Below, piece after piece: positions 27,117 to 35,682 of a DNA stretch of 64,000 nt. Every line of letters starts with the position of its first letter. Position 1 is the stretch's first letter. The stretch is from Nitrobacter sp. GTDB taxonomy: Bacteria > Pseudomonadota > Alphaproteobacteria > Rhizobiales > Xanthobacteraceae. The stretch covers positions 375,464 through 439,463 of the forward strand of contig NZ_BAAGBE010000001.1 of NCBI RefSeq assembly GCF_047149785.1, written 5' to 3'. A model generated the notes under the pieces. That model was given only the letters and a program-made list of their open reading frames with translations, was not told the origin of the DNA and made no database searches. The position numbers and the translations under genes are program-made.

Positions 27117-28413
27117 TTCATTGCCGGCGACGCTGCGCCTCTACCGCAGACTGTCCGCCGCCGCCGGCCCGCTGACGCCCGTTCTTTTGAAACGGCGCTT
27201 GAAGCAGGGCAAGGAAGATCCCGCGCGCAACGGCGAGCGGCAGGGCATCGCCCGACAGCCCCGCCCCGCGGGCCCGCTGGTCTGGATTCACGGCGCGAGC
27301 GTCGGCGAAGTGCTGGCCGCCGCCGCGCTGGTCGAACGCCTGCGGGCATTGAACATGCGCATTTTGCTCACGTCGGGCACCGTGACCTCGGCCGGCGTGG
27401 TCGCGAAGCGGTTTCCTCCGGATATCATTCACCAGTACGTCCCTTACGATTTGCCGCGCTTCGTGGCGCGCTTTCTCGATCACTGGCGGCCGAGTCTCGC
27501 ATTGTTCATCGAATCGGATCTGTGGCCCAATCTGATTCTGGCCGGCGCGGCCAGGCGCATGCCGATGGTGTTGATCAACGGGCGGATGTCGCATCGTTCG
27601 TTTCCGCGCTGGCGCAGGATGTCGGGAACGATCGCCGCATTGCTCGAACGTTTCGATATCTGTCTCGTTCAGTCCGAAACCGATGCGGAGCGCTTCGCCG
27701 TGCTCGGCGGCCGCAATGTCGTCGTCACCGGAAACCTCAAGCTCGACGTGCGGGCTCCGCCGGCCGACGAGGCCAGGCTGGAGCGGCTGCTGTTCGTCAC
27801 CCGCGGCCGCCCCGTGGTGGTGGCGGCATCGACCCATCCGGGCGAGGAGGAAATCCTGCTCGACGCGCACCAGACGCTGGCGGTTCACTTCCCGTCGCTG
27901 CTGACGGTGATCGTTCCGCGCCATCCCGGTCGGGGCGAAGCGATCGCCCGCATGATCGCCGCGTCCGGAGCGCAAGTCGCGCGGCGCTCGCTGGAGGAAC
28001 TGCCGACGGCGAGGACCGACATCTATATCGCCGACACCATGGGCGAACTGGGACTGTTCTACCGGTTGGCGCCGATCGTTTTCATGGGCGGCTCGCTGGT
28101 GCCGCACGGCGGCCAGAATCCGATCGAGGCGATCAAGCTCGACGCCGCCATCGTGCACGGCCCGCATGTCTTCAACTTCACCGAGGTCTATGCCGCGCTC
28201 GACCGCGCAGGTGGTGCGCTGAGAGCCGGCGACGGCGATGCGCTGGTGAAGCAGCTCGGTTTTCTGCTGCGCGATTCCGCCGCCCGCGACGCCGCGACGG
28301 CTGCCGCCGCCGACGTGGTGGAGAGGCTCGGCGGCGCGCTGGATCGCACGCTGGCCGCGCTCGAGCCTTATCTTTTGCAGTTGCGGCTGGAAGGGGGAGC
28401 GGCCGATGCATGA
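27109..28413 (+). CDS. waaA: 3-deoxy-D-manno-octulosonic acid (Kdo) transferase WaaA/KdtA
   Basis: In-frame ATG at 27109 (MSNSLPATLRLYRRL...). Contains 'LVWIHGASVGEV' and the C-terminal 'GGSLVPHGGQNPIEA'. Confidence 0.92.
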   Translation: MSNSLPATLRLYRRLSAAAGPLTPVLLKRRLKQGKEDPARNGERQGIARQPRPAGPLVWIHGASVGEVLAAAALVERLRALNMRILLTSGTVTSAGVVAKRFPPDIIHQYVPYDLPRFVARFLDHWRPSLALFIESDLWPNLILAGAARRMPMVLINGRMSHRSFPRWRRMSGTIAALLERFDICLVQSETDAERFAVLGGRNVVVTGNLKLDVRAPPADEARLERLLFVTRGRPVVVAASTHPGEEEILLDAHQTLAVHFPSLLTVIVPRHPGRGEAIARMIAASGAQVARRSLEELPTARTDIYIADTMGELGLFYRLAPIVFMGGSLVPHGGQNPIEAIKLDAAIVHGPHVFNFTEVYAALDRAGGALRAGDGDALVKQLGFLLRDSAARDAATAAAADVVERLGGALDRTLAALEPYLLQLRLEGGAADA

Positions 28414-29413
28414 GCCGGCCTTCTGGCGCAGGCCGTCGTCGCTGCTCTCTCGGTTGCTCATGCCCCTTGGCGCGCTTTACGGCGCGGTCGCCGCGCGGCG
28501 GCTGATGCGGCCTGGCGCGCGCGCCGGAGTGCCGGTCGTCTGCGTCGGCAACTACCATGTCGGCGGCGCCGGCAAGACGCCCGTCGTGATGGCGTTGGCC
28601 GGCATCCTTCGCTCGCTCGGCGAAACGCCGGTCGTGCTCAGCCGCGGCCATGGCGGACGGCTGCACGGCCCGGTGCGCGTCGATCCGCAAAAGCACACGG
28701 CTGCCGATGTCGGCGACGAACCGTTGATGATGGCGCGGACGATCCCCGTGATCGTGTCGCGGCAACGGGCGGCAGGCGTCGCGCCGGCCCTCGCGCTGGG
28801 CGCGAGCGTGATTCTGCTGGACGACGGCTTTCAGAATCCGGCGCTCGCGAAAGATATTTCGCTGATCGTGATCGACGGCGATCGGGGCCTTGGCAACCGG
28901 CGGGTGTTTCCGGCGGGACCGTTGCGCGCGCCGTTGCCTCCACAACTGGTCCGTACCGATGCGCTGGTGATCGTTGGCGATGGAACCGCGGCGGACGAGG
29001 TTGCGGCAAGCATCGACGCGCGGGGAGGTCTGGTCATGCGGGCGCGGCTCGTCCCGGATGACGAGTCGGTTGCGGCGCTGCGTGGCAGGCGTGTCTGTGC
29101 CTTTGCGGGCATCGGCGATCCGGCGCGATTCTTCCGCGGCTTGCGCGCCTGCGGCATCGACGTCGCCGCCGAGCGGGCATTTGGCGACCATCATCCGTTT
29201 TCGCAACGCGACATCGCAGAACTGCGAACCATCGCCGAACGGGATGATCTGACGCTGGTGACGACCGAAAAAGATCTGGCGCGGCTGCGCAACGGCGAAA
29301 GCCTGGCGGCGTTCGCCCGGGCCGTCGTTCCCTTCACGGTCGCGCTCGCGTTTGACGATGAACCGGTGCTGCGGTCGTTCCTGACCGACCGGATCGGTCG
29401 CGCGCGGCGATAG
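28406..29413 (+). CDS. lpxK: Tetraacyldisaccharide 4'-kinase LpxK
   Basis: 335-aa ORF with the P-loop 'VGNYHVGGAGKTP' and 'ILLDDGFQN'. It overlaps the waaA stop by 8 nt. Confidence 0.92.
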   Translation: MHEPAFWRRPSSLLSRLLMPLGALYGAVAARRLMRPGARAGVPVVCVGNYHVGGAGKTPVVMALAGILRSLGETPVVLSRGHGGRLHGPVRVDPQKHTAADVGDEPLMMARTIPVIVSRQRAAGVAPALALGASVILLDDGFQNPALAKDISLIVIDGDRGLGNRRVFPAGPLRAPLPPQLVRTDALVIVGDGTAADEVAASIDARGGLVMRARLVPDDESVAALRGRRVCAFAGIGDPARFFRGLRACGIDVAAERAFGDHHPFSQRDIAELRTIAERDDLTLVTTEKDLARLRNGESLAAFARAVVPFTVALAFDDEPVLRSFLTDRIGRARR

Positions 29414-29548
29414 AGCTTGCCGGGTTCTCCGTGCAAGGGAAACCCTCACCCGGATCGCTCCGACGCGCAATGGCGCTGCCGAAGGATCAGACCTTCCCCC
29501 ATGGGAGAGAGTGACGGAATGTGCAGCGGAGCTGTGGTTCGCCGAGTA

Positions 29549-29776
29549 CTAGGACGAGCTTTTGAGTGCGCCTGGATAATGCCGCTGCAACACCGCGCTC
29601 GGGAGAGCGTAAGCCTCCTGCAATTCGACGCTCCAGTATTTCAGCTCGTCGAGAGGAATGCGGGCGTCGGTGACAGCGCAACGGACATAGGTTCCAGGCG
29701 AAATCACCCGGAAATCGCCATCGAGATACTGCACTCGCGCTTCGCCTTGGCCGGACTGGCCGAACTTGTTCAGCAC
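29549..29776 (-). CDS. DUF2093 domain protein
   Basis: 75-aa ORF. 'ARVQYLDGDFRVISPGTYVRCAVTDARIPLDELKYWSVELQEAY' matches my recollection of the DUF2093 consensus. Confidence 0.7.
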   Translation of the reverse strand: MLNKFGQSGQGEARVQYLDGDFRVISPGTYVRCAVTDARIPLDELKYWSVELQEAYALPSAVLQRHYPGALKSSS

Positions 29777-29898
29777 CGCCTTGCTCCCGCATCTTCCGTC
29801 CGCAAACCGGCCGGCTGTTTATCGTCTCTACACATAGGTTCGCGGCGTCTCGGTTAAACCCACTGATTTGTGATGAATTGGCTTTCCGGCCACATGGT

Positions 29899-29934
29899 AG
29901 GTCTGGATCAAGAGTGCAGGTCTGGATTAAGAGT
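29899..29934. promoter_or_regulatory. Tandem 17-bp direct repeat upstream of the dienelactone hydrolase gene
   Basis: aggtctggatcaagagt-gc-aggtctggattaagagt. Identity is 16 of 17 and the period is 19 bp. It ends 38 bp upstream of the ATG at 29972. Confidence 0.4.
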
Positions 29935-29971
29935 TCCTTTTTGCAGCATACCAGACGATCCGGCAAGATAT

Positions 29972-30790
29972 ATGCGCCTGCTGTCAGCATTTGTTTCGGC
30001 TGCGATGTTGGTTTCGGTTACCGCGACATTCGCAGCGTCGGGCCTACCTCCGCCGCCCGAACGGGTCGACATCCCGCGGGCTGGTGGTGTGCTGCACGGC
30101 CTGCTCTATAAGCCCGACGGCGACAGCCCGTTCGCAACTGTCATCGCCTTGCATGGCTGTAGCGGTCTTGAACACAGCGGGCAGATCCAGCCACGCTATC
30201 TGGATTGGGCCGAACGGTTGTTGAAGGCTGGCAACGCCGTGTTGTTTCCGGACAGCTATGGTTCGCGGGGCGCCGGCCAGCAATGCCAGTCCAAACATCG
30301 GACGATATTTGCTCGCCGCGAGCGCGTCGCGGATATACGCGCCGCCCAACAGTGGCTGAAGCATCAGCCCTGGGTTCGCCATGACCGCGTCGGCCTGCTC
30401 GGGTGGGACTCGGGCGCCAGCGCCGTGTTGTGGGCAATTCGTCCGCAGCTTGCACCGGCCGGCCGGCGTGACGATTTCCGCTCGGCCGTGGTGCTCTACC
30501 CGAACTGCCGGTTAGCGTCGCGCCTTGGCTGGAGCGCGCGCGTTCCGACGCTGGTGCTGATCGGTGCCGACGACAATCTCAGTTCGCCGTCCGCCTGCCG
30601 TCAAATGGTTGACGGCGCGCGCGGCCGCAGCGCGCTCGCCCGTATCGTTGTCTATCCCAACGCTCGCCATGGTTTCGACAGGGCAAGCGCGCCAATCCAT
30701 GCTGTTGCCGGAGGAGGCGGCCACGTCGGAGCCGATTCCAAGGCGCGCGCGGACTCACAAAGCCGGGTCGCGGGCTGGCTGGCGCGTTAG
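29972..30790 (+). CDS. Dienelactone hydrolase family protein, secreted
   Basis: In-frame ATG at 29972 (MRLLSAFVSAAMLVSVTATFAASG signal peptide). Alpha/beta-hydrolase pattern 'VIALHGCSG', 'GLLGWDSGA' and 'YPNARHGF'. Confidence 0.8.
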   Translation: MRLLSAFVSAAMLVSVTATFAASGLPPPPERVDIPRAGGVLHGLLYKPDGDSPFATVIALHGCSGLEHSGQIQPRYLDWAERLLKAGNAVLFPDSYGSRGAGQQCQSKHRTIFARRERVADIRAAQQWLKHQPWVRHDRVGLLGWDSGASAVLWAIRPQLAPAGRRDDFRSAVVLYPNCRLASRLGWSARVPTLVLIGADDNLSSPSACRQMVDGARGRSALARIVVYPNARHGFDRASAPIHAVAGGGGHVGADSKARADSQSRVAGWLAR

Positions 30791-30894
30791 AGACCTTTGG
30801 TCGTTCGATGGATGCGTGGATGTCCGGCATAAAGCCGAGCACGATGGCTGATTCCGTCTAAGAGGCCGTTTGGAAAGTCACCGGGCATCTCCCG

Positions 30895-31016
30895 GCCGTT
30901 CCCCGGACGCAGCGCAGCGTGAAACGGTGCGCTGCTGAGCCGGGGTCTTTCGCGAGGTTTCCTGCAACGATCCCGGGTCTGTGCGGCGTCACGTCGTGCC
31001 GCAGCGCGCCCGGGAC
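30895..31016. repeat. Two tandem long imperfect GC hairpins (family D-like element), preceded by a degenerate family A arm at 30814-30847
   Basis: ccccggacgcagcgcagcg...gcgctgctgagccgggg and tcccgggtctgtgcggc...gccgcagcgcgcccggga. This is the only locus of this type in the window, so the family assignment rests on my memory of similar elements in related genomes. Confidence 0.45.
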
Positions 31017-31060
31017 ACTCGGAAAGCAAACTTTTCAAACAGGCTCTAAGCAAACCTGCT

Positions 31061-32680
31061 CTAGAAAAGATTTCCCTGATCGCCGGGCTTCACCGTGCGC
31101 CGGGCGGGCGCCGGCTTGGGCTGGCATTTCGGGCCGGGCGATGTCGCAGCCAGCCGATCGTTATCGGCGGTCGCATTCACCCGTCCGTCTGCGAATTCGA
31201 GCGTGAGTCGTGCTCCGGGATCGACCGCCGATGCGCTCCGCAACGCCTGTCCGGCGTCGTCGCGGACCAGCGCGAAGCCGCGTGCGAGCACGCCGCGATA
31301 GGACACCGCCGCCAGCAACTGGCCGGAATGCGCGATGCGGGCCTCATGCCGCTGCAGCAAGGTGACGAGCGCCCGCCGAGCCCGCTCGGCGAGGCGCTGG
31401 GTGCGCTCGTTGGCGCGCGCGATCTGGGCGCGCTGCGCCTGCGCATTGGCGAGGCGCGAAGCCGTGAGCCGCACAGCCAGTCCGGTGAAGCAATCGCGGC
31501 GGTGGCGCAAGACCACCTGCGTGCAATGTGCGAGCCGCGCGCCGGCCGTGGCGACGGACTGCTTGGCGTGGCTGACCTGCGCGCGCAGCACGCGCAGCGT
31601 GAGTCCGCTTGAGATTTGCGTGAAGCGGCGATGATGCAGGTGCGTGCTCGCGCGCAAGGCACGCGGCAACGCGGCGGCGGCGCCGTCGAGCTTCTGGCGG
31701 GGGATCGCGAGCAGTTCGCCCGCTTCCGGCAGCGCGCGGGCGGCCGAGCGCAATTCGGTGCGCCGGTCGTCGTGACCGCGCCGCCATCCGACCATGGCGC
31801 GTGCCGCGAGGTTGGAGAGTTCAATAAACAGGTCGGCGCGAACCGGCACCGCCATTTCGGCCGCCGCTGTCGGCGTCGGGGCCCGCTTGTCGGCGGCGAA
31901 ATCGATCAGCGTGATATCGGTCTCGTGGCCGACCGCGGAGATCAGCGGGATCATGCTGTTGGCGGCCGCGCGAACCACGATTTCCTCGTTGAACGACCAC
32001 AGGTCTTCGAGCGAGCCGCCGCCGCGCGCGACGATCAGCAGATCGGGGCGCGGAATGCGTCCATCTTCCGGCAGCGCATTGAAGCCGTCGATGGCGGCCG
32101 CGATCTGTTCCGCCGATCCTTCGCCCTGCACCCGCACCGGCCAGACCAGCACGCGGCGCGGAAAGCGGTCTTCCAGCCGATGCAGGATATCGCGGATCAC
32201 CGCGCCGGTCGGGGAGGTCACGACGCCGATCACCTCGGGCAGCCAGGGCAGCAATTGCTTGCGGGCTTCGTCGAACAGGCCTTCCGCCGCGAGCTTCTTC
32301 TTGCGCTCCTCCATCAGCGCCATCAGCGCGCCGATTCCGGCTGGCTCCAGCGCCTCGATCACGATCTGGTATTTCGACGAGCCGGGATAGGTCGTCAGCT
32401 TGCCGGTCGCGATGACCTCCAGGCCCTCCTGCGGCTTGAACCGCATCCGGCCATGAACACCTTTCCAGATCACCGCCTCGATCTTGGCGTTCTCGTCCTT
32501 CAGCGCGAAATAGCAATGGCCCGAGGCATGAGGCCCGCGAAAGCCGGATATCTCGCCGCGCACCCGCACATGGCCGTAGGTATCCTCGACGGTGCGCTTC
32601 AGCGCCGAGGACAGTTCGGAGACGGTATATTCCGGCGCGTTCGCCAGGAGTTGTGCAGGGCCTGCGGGCATTTGGATCAC
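31061..32680 (-). CDS. xseA: Exodeoxyribonuclease VII large subunit XseA
   Basis: 539-aa ORF with an OB-fold N-terminus '[25 protein letters not shown]', a catalytic region '[18 protein letters not shown]...[11 protein letters not shown]' and a long coiled-coil C-terminus. Confidence 0.92.
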   Translation of the reverse strand: MIQMPAGPAQLLANAPEYTVSELSSALKRTVEDTYGHVRVRGEISGFRGPHASGHCYFALKDENAKIEAVIWKGVHGRMRFKPQEGLEVIATGKLTTYPGSSKYQIVIEALEPAGIGALMALMEERKKKLAAEGLFDEARKQLLPWLPEVIGVVTSPTGAVIRDILHRLEDRFPRRVLVWPVRVQGEGSAEQIAAAIDGFNALPEDGRIPRPDLLIVARGGGSLEDLWSFNEEIVVRAAANSMIPLISAVGHETDITLIDFAADKRAPTPTAAAEMAVPVRADLFIELSNLAARAMVGWRRGHDDRRTELRSAARALPEAGELLAIPRQKLDGAAAALPRALRASTHLHHRRFTQISSGLTLRVLRAQVSHAKQSVATAGARLAHCTQVVLRHRRDCFTGLAVRLTASRLANAQAQRAQIARANERTQRLAERARRALVTLLQRHEARIAHSGQLLAAVSYRGVLARGFALVRDDAGQALRSASAVDPGARLTLEFADGRVNATADNDRLAATSPGPKCQPKPAPARRTVKPGDQGNLF

Positions 32681-32751
32681 GTCTGTTGCGCCTCCGCCTT
32701 ACCATGCTAAAGCGTCGGTCAACCATCGAAAATCCTTATCGGCAGTCGTTC

Positions 32752-34032
32752 ATGAACATTCTCCTGCTCGGTTCCGGCGGCCGCGAACATGCGCTGGCCT
32801 GGAAAATCGCCGACTCCGTGTTGCTGACGAAACTCTGGTGCGCGCCGGGCAATGCAGGGATCGCGCGCGTCGCCGACTGCGTGTCGCTCGATGTCGCCGA
32901 TCATGCCGCCGTGATCGCGTTCTGCAAGGCCAACAAGGTCGATCTGGTGGTGGTCGGGCCTGAAGCGCCGCTTGCCGCGGGTATCGTCGACGATCTCGCG
33001 GACGCCGGCATCAAGGCGTTCGGGCCGAGCAAGGCCGCAGCCCGGCTTGAAAGCTCGAAGGGCTTCACCAAGGATCTCTGCCGCGACAATAATATTCCAA
33101 CCGCCGCCTATGAACGTTTCAGCGATGCCGGGGCGGCGAAGGCCTACATCGCCGCGAACGGCGCGCCGATCGTCATCAAGGCCGACGGGCTTGCCGCGGG
33201 AAAGGGCGTCGTCGTCGCGATGACGATCGAGGACGCGAACGCGGCGATCGACATGATGTTCGAGGGCGGTTTCGGCGCGGCCGGCGCGCAAGTGGTGGTC
33301 GAGGAGTTCATGCGCGGCGAGGAGGCGTCGTTCTTCGCGCTGTGCGACGGCGAGCACGCGCTGGCGCTGGCGACGGCGCAGGATCACAAACGCGCCTTCG
33401 ACGGCGACAAGGGACCGAACACCGGCGGCATGGGCGCCTATTCGCCGGCACCCGTCATGACTAACGAGATGTGCCGCCGCACCATGGACGAGATCATCCT
33501 TCCGACATTGCGCGCCATGCGCGCGAAGGGCGTGCCTTTCAAGGGTGTGCTGTTCGCCGGCCTGATGATCACCGACGATGGACCGAAGCTGATCGAATAC
33601 AACGTCCGCTTCGGCGACCCGGAATGCCAGGTGTTGATGCTGCGGATGATGGGGGACATCGTGCCGGCGCTGTTCGCCGCCTGCGACGGACAACTGAACC
33701 ATTTCAGCCTGCGCTGGTTTCCCGATCCGGCGTTGACCGTTGTCATGGCGGCGAAAGGGTATCCCGGCGACTATGCAAAGGGGACGCCCATTGAAGGCCT
33801 CGACGCCGCCGCCGAGGTCGAAGGCGTGCAGATTTTCCAGGCGGGAACGAAGGAGGAGGGCGGACGCATCCTCGCCAATGGCGGGCGCGTGCTGAACGTC
33901 TGCGCCTCGGGCAAGACCGTCGCGGAGGCGCAGGCGCGCGCCTACGAGGCGGTGGATCGCATCAAATGGTCTGACGGCTTCTGCCGCCGCGACATCGGCT
34001 TCCGGGCGGTTAAGCGGGAGAGCGGCGGATAG
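32752..34032 (+). CDS. purD: Phosphoribosylamine-glycine ligase PurD
   Basis: In-frame ATG at 32752 ([20 protein letters not shown]...). ATP-grasp region, and '[15 protein letters not shown]'. Confidence 0.95.
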   Translation: MNILLLGSGGREHALAWKIADSVLLTKLWCAPGNAGIARVADCVSLDVADHAAVIAFCKANKVDLVVVGPEAPLAAGIVDDLADAGIKAFGPSKAAARLESSKGFTKDLCRDNNIPTAAYERFSDAGAAKAYIAANGAPIVIKADGLAAGKGVVVAMTIEDANAAIDMMFEGGFGAAGAQVVVEEFMRGEEASFFALCDGEHALALATAQDHKRAFDGDKGPNTGGMGAYSPAPVMTNEMCRRTMDEIILPTLRAMRAKGVPFKGVLFAGLMITDDGPKLIEYNVRFGDPECQVLMLRMMGDIVPALFAACDGQLNHFSLRWFPDPALTVVMAAKGYPGDYAKGTPIEGLDAAAEVEGVQIFQAGTKEEGGRILANGGRVLNVCASGKTVAEAQARAYEAVDRIKWSDGFCRRDIGFRAVKRESGG

Positions 34033-34153
34033 TTTCATTCCCACGCGGGTTGTTGCGACGGGTTGCATTGGCGGCCGCAATCGTCTCGAATCCGCTCAGG
34101 CGCGTCCCGGCCCGGAGCGCGCCGAAGGGATGCCGGAGATGAAGGGATCAGCC

Positions 34154-35065
34154 ATGCCCGACCTTGCCGATCTGTTTCCCGGTTACGCCTCCGAATGGAT
34201 CAGCACGACCTCGGGCCGCATCTTCGCGCGCGTCGGAGGCAAGGGGCCGCCGCTGTTGCTGCTGCACGGTTTTCCGCAGACGCACGTGATGTGGCACAAG
34301 GTGGCGCCGCAACTCGCCGACGCCTTCACCGTCATCATTCCCGATCTGCCCGGCTACGGCTGGTCCGACATGCCCGAGAGCGATGCGGACCACACGCCCT
34401 ATACCAAGCGCGCGATGGCGGAAACCTTGATCGAGGCCATGGAGAAACTCGGTCACGTGTATTTCGCGCTGGCGGGGCACGACCGCGGCGGCCGCGTCGC
34501 CTATCGGCTCGCGCTCGATCATCCCGGACGGCTGTCGAAACTCGCCGTGCTCGACATCCTGCCGACCTACGACTACTGGTCGCGCATCAATCGGCTGTCG
34601 GCGCTGAAAATCTATCACTGGGCGTTTCTCGCGCAGCCCGATCCGCTGCCGGAGAAGCTCATCACCGGGCAGCCGGATTTTTTCCTGAAACAGACGATGG
34701 CGAGCAAGACCGGATCCGGCACGCTCGATGCCATCGACCCGCGCGCGCTCGAGCATTATCTCGCGCCGTGCCGCGATCCTTCGCGGGTCCATGCGATGTG
34801 CGAGGACTATCGCGCCGGCGCCTATGCCGATTTCGAGATCGACAAGGCCGATCTTGAAGCGGGCAGGAAGATCACCATTCCGATGCTGGCGCTGTGGGGC
34901 GATGCGGGCATCGCCGCCGCGGCCTCGGCCACGCCGCTCAATGCCTGGCGGGTCTGGGCGGCCAAAGTGACGGGCGGTGCGCTGAATTCAGGCCACTACC
35001 TGCCGGAAGAAGCGCCGGACGAGACCGCGAAGGCGCTGAGGCAGTTCTTCACCGCCGCGCCTTGA
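34154..35065 (+). CDS. Alpha/beta hydrolase, fluoroacetate (haloacetate) dehalogenase-like
   Basis: In-frame ATG at 34154 ([29 protein letters not shown]...). It closely resembles my recollection of R. palustris RPA1163. Asp110, Arg111, Arg114, Asp134, His155, Trp156, Tyr219 and His281 are all present. Confidence 0.75.
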   Translation: MPDLADLFPGYASEWISTTSGRIFARVGGKGPPLLLLHGFPQTHVMWHKVAPQLADAFTVIIPDLPGYGWSDMPESDADHTPYTKRAMAETLIEAMEKLGHVYFALAGHDRGGRVAYRLALDHPGRLSKLAVLDILPTYDYWSRINRLSALKIYHWAFLAQPDPLPEKLITGQPDFFLKQTMASKTGSGTLDAIDPRALEHYLAPCRDPSRVHAMCEDYRAGAYADFEIDKADLEAGRKITIPMLALWGDAGIAAAASATPLNAWRVWAAKVTGGALNSGHYLPEEAPDETAKALRQFFTAAP

Positions 35066-35495
35066 AGAAATCCCGCAGCAGCGCCGCCGCTTGGTTTTCA
35101 CCGACCGCTGGATACACCTCCGGCCGGTGATGGCAGGTCGACGCGGCGAAGAAGCGGACGCCGGAATCCACCGCGCCGCCTTTCGGGTCTGCCGCTCCGT
35201 AGTAGAGCCGCCGGATCCGCGCGAACGAGATCGCGGCCGCGCACATGGTGCAGGGTTCCAGCGTCACATAAAGATCGCAGCCGGTCAGCCTTTCGCTGCC
35301 GAGGGCGTGCGCGGCGGCCCGCAGGGCCAGGATTTCGGCATGCGCCGTGGGATCGCGGTCGGTCAGCGTGCGGTTTCCGGCCGATGCGATGACCTCGCCA
35401 TTCCGCACGATGACGCAGCCGATCGGCACCTCGCCCGACTTTCCGGCCGTTTCGGCGGCTTCAAGCGCCAAATCCATGAAACTTGGTGCGGTCAT
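35049..35495 (-). CDS. tadA: tRNA adenosine(34) deaminase TadA
   Basis: In-frame ATG at 35495 ([14 protein letters not shown]...). Zinc motifs 'HAEILALR' and 'PCTMCAAAI'. The 3' end overlaps the convergent hydrolase gene by 17 nt. Confidence 0.9.
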   Translation of the reverse strand: MTAPSFMDLALEAAETAGKSGEVPIGCVIVRNGEVIASAGNRTLTDRDPTAHAEILALRAAAHALGSERLTGCDLYVTLEPCTMCAAAISFARIRRLYYGAADPKGGAVDSGVRFFAASTCHHRPEVYPAVGENQAAALLRDFFKARR

Positions 35496-35682
35496 GTCTG
35501 GTTTCCCGGGCGCATCCGCTTTTGCTGATCGCGCTCCGGTGAGAACCCTGTTAAGAGGCGCGTTCAAAACTTGAATTGGTTTTTCGCAAGACGGTGCTTC
35601 GGACAAGAGCCGCGCGCGAAACCGTTATGCTCATCCTCGGGGCCGGCGTCGCCGCCGGCCGGTTGCTTTTGCGAGAACATTC

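Noticed and set aside
27118-29470. Long minus-strand ORFs (27118..28461, 28178..29470) opposite waaA and lpxK
   Set aside because: The plus-strand genes have clear Kdo-transferase and P-loop kinase motifs. The antisense frames are Arg-rich with no motifs. The same reasoning rejects 32719..34080 (opposite purD), 17941..19086 (opposite hisG), 53446..54708 (opposite the aminotransferase), 52000..53391 (opposite the EAL gene), 4448..5815 (opposite glcF) and 48875..50158 (opposite ribF).
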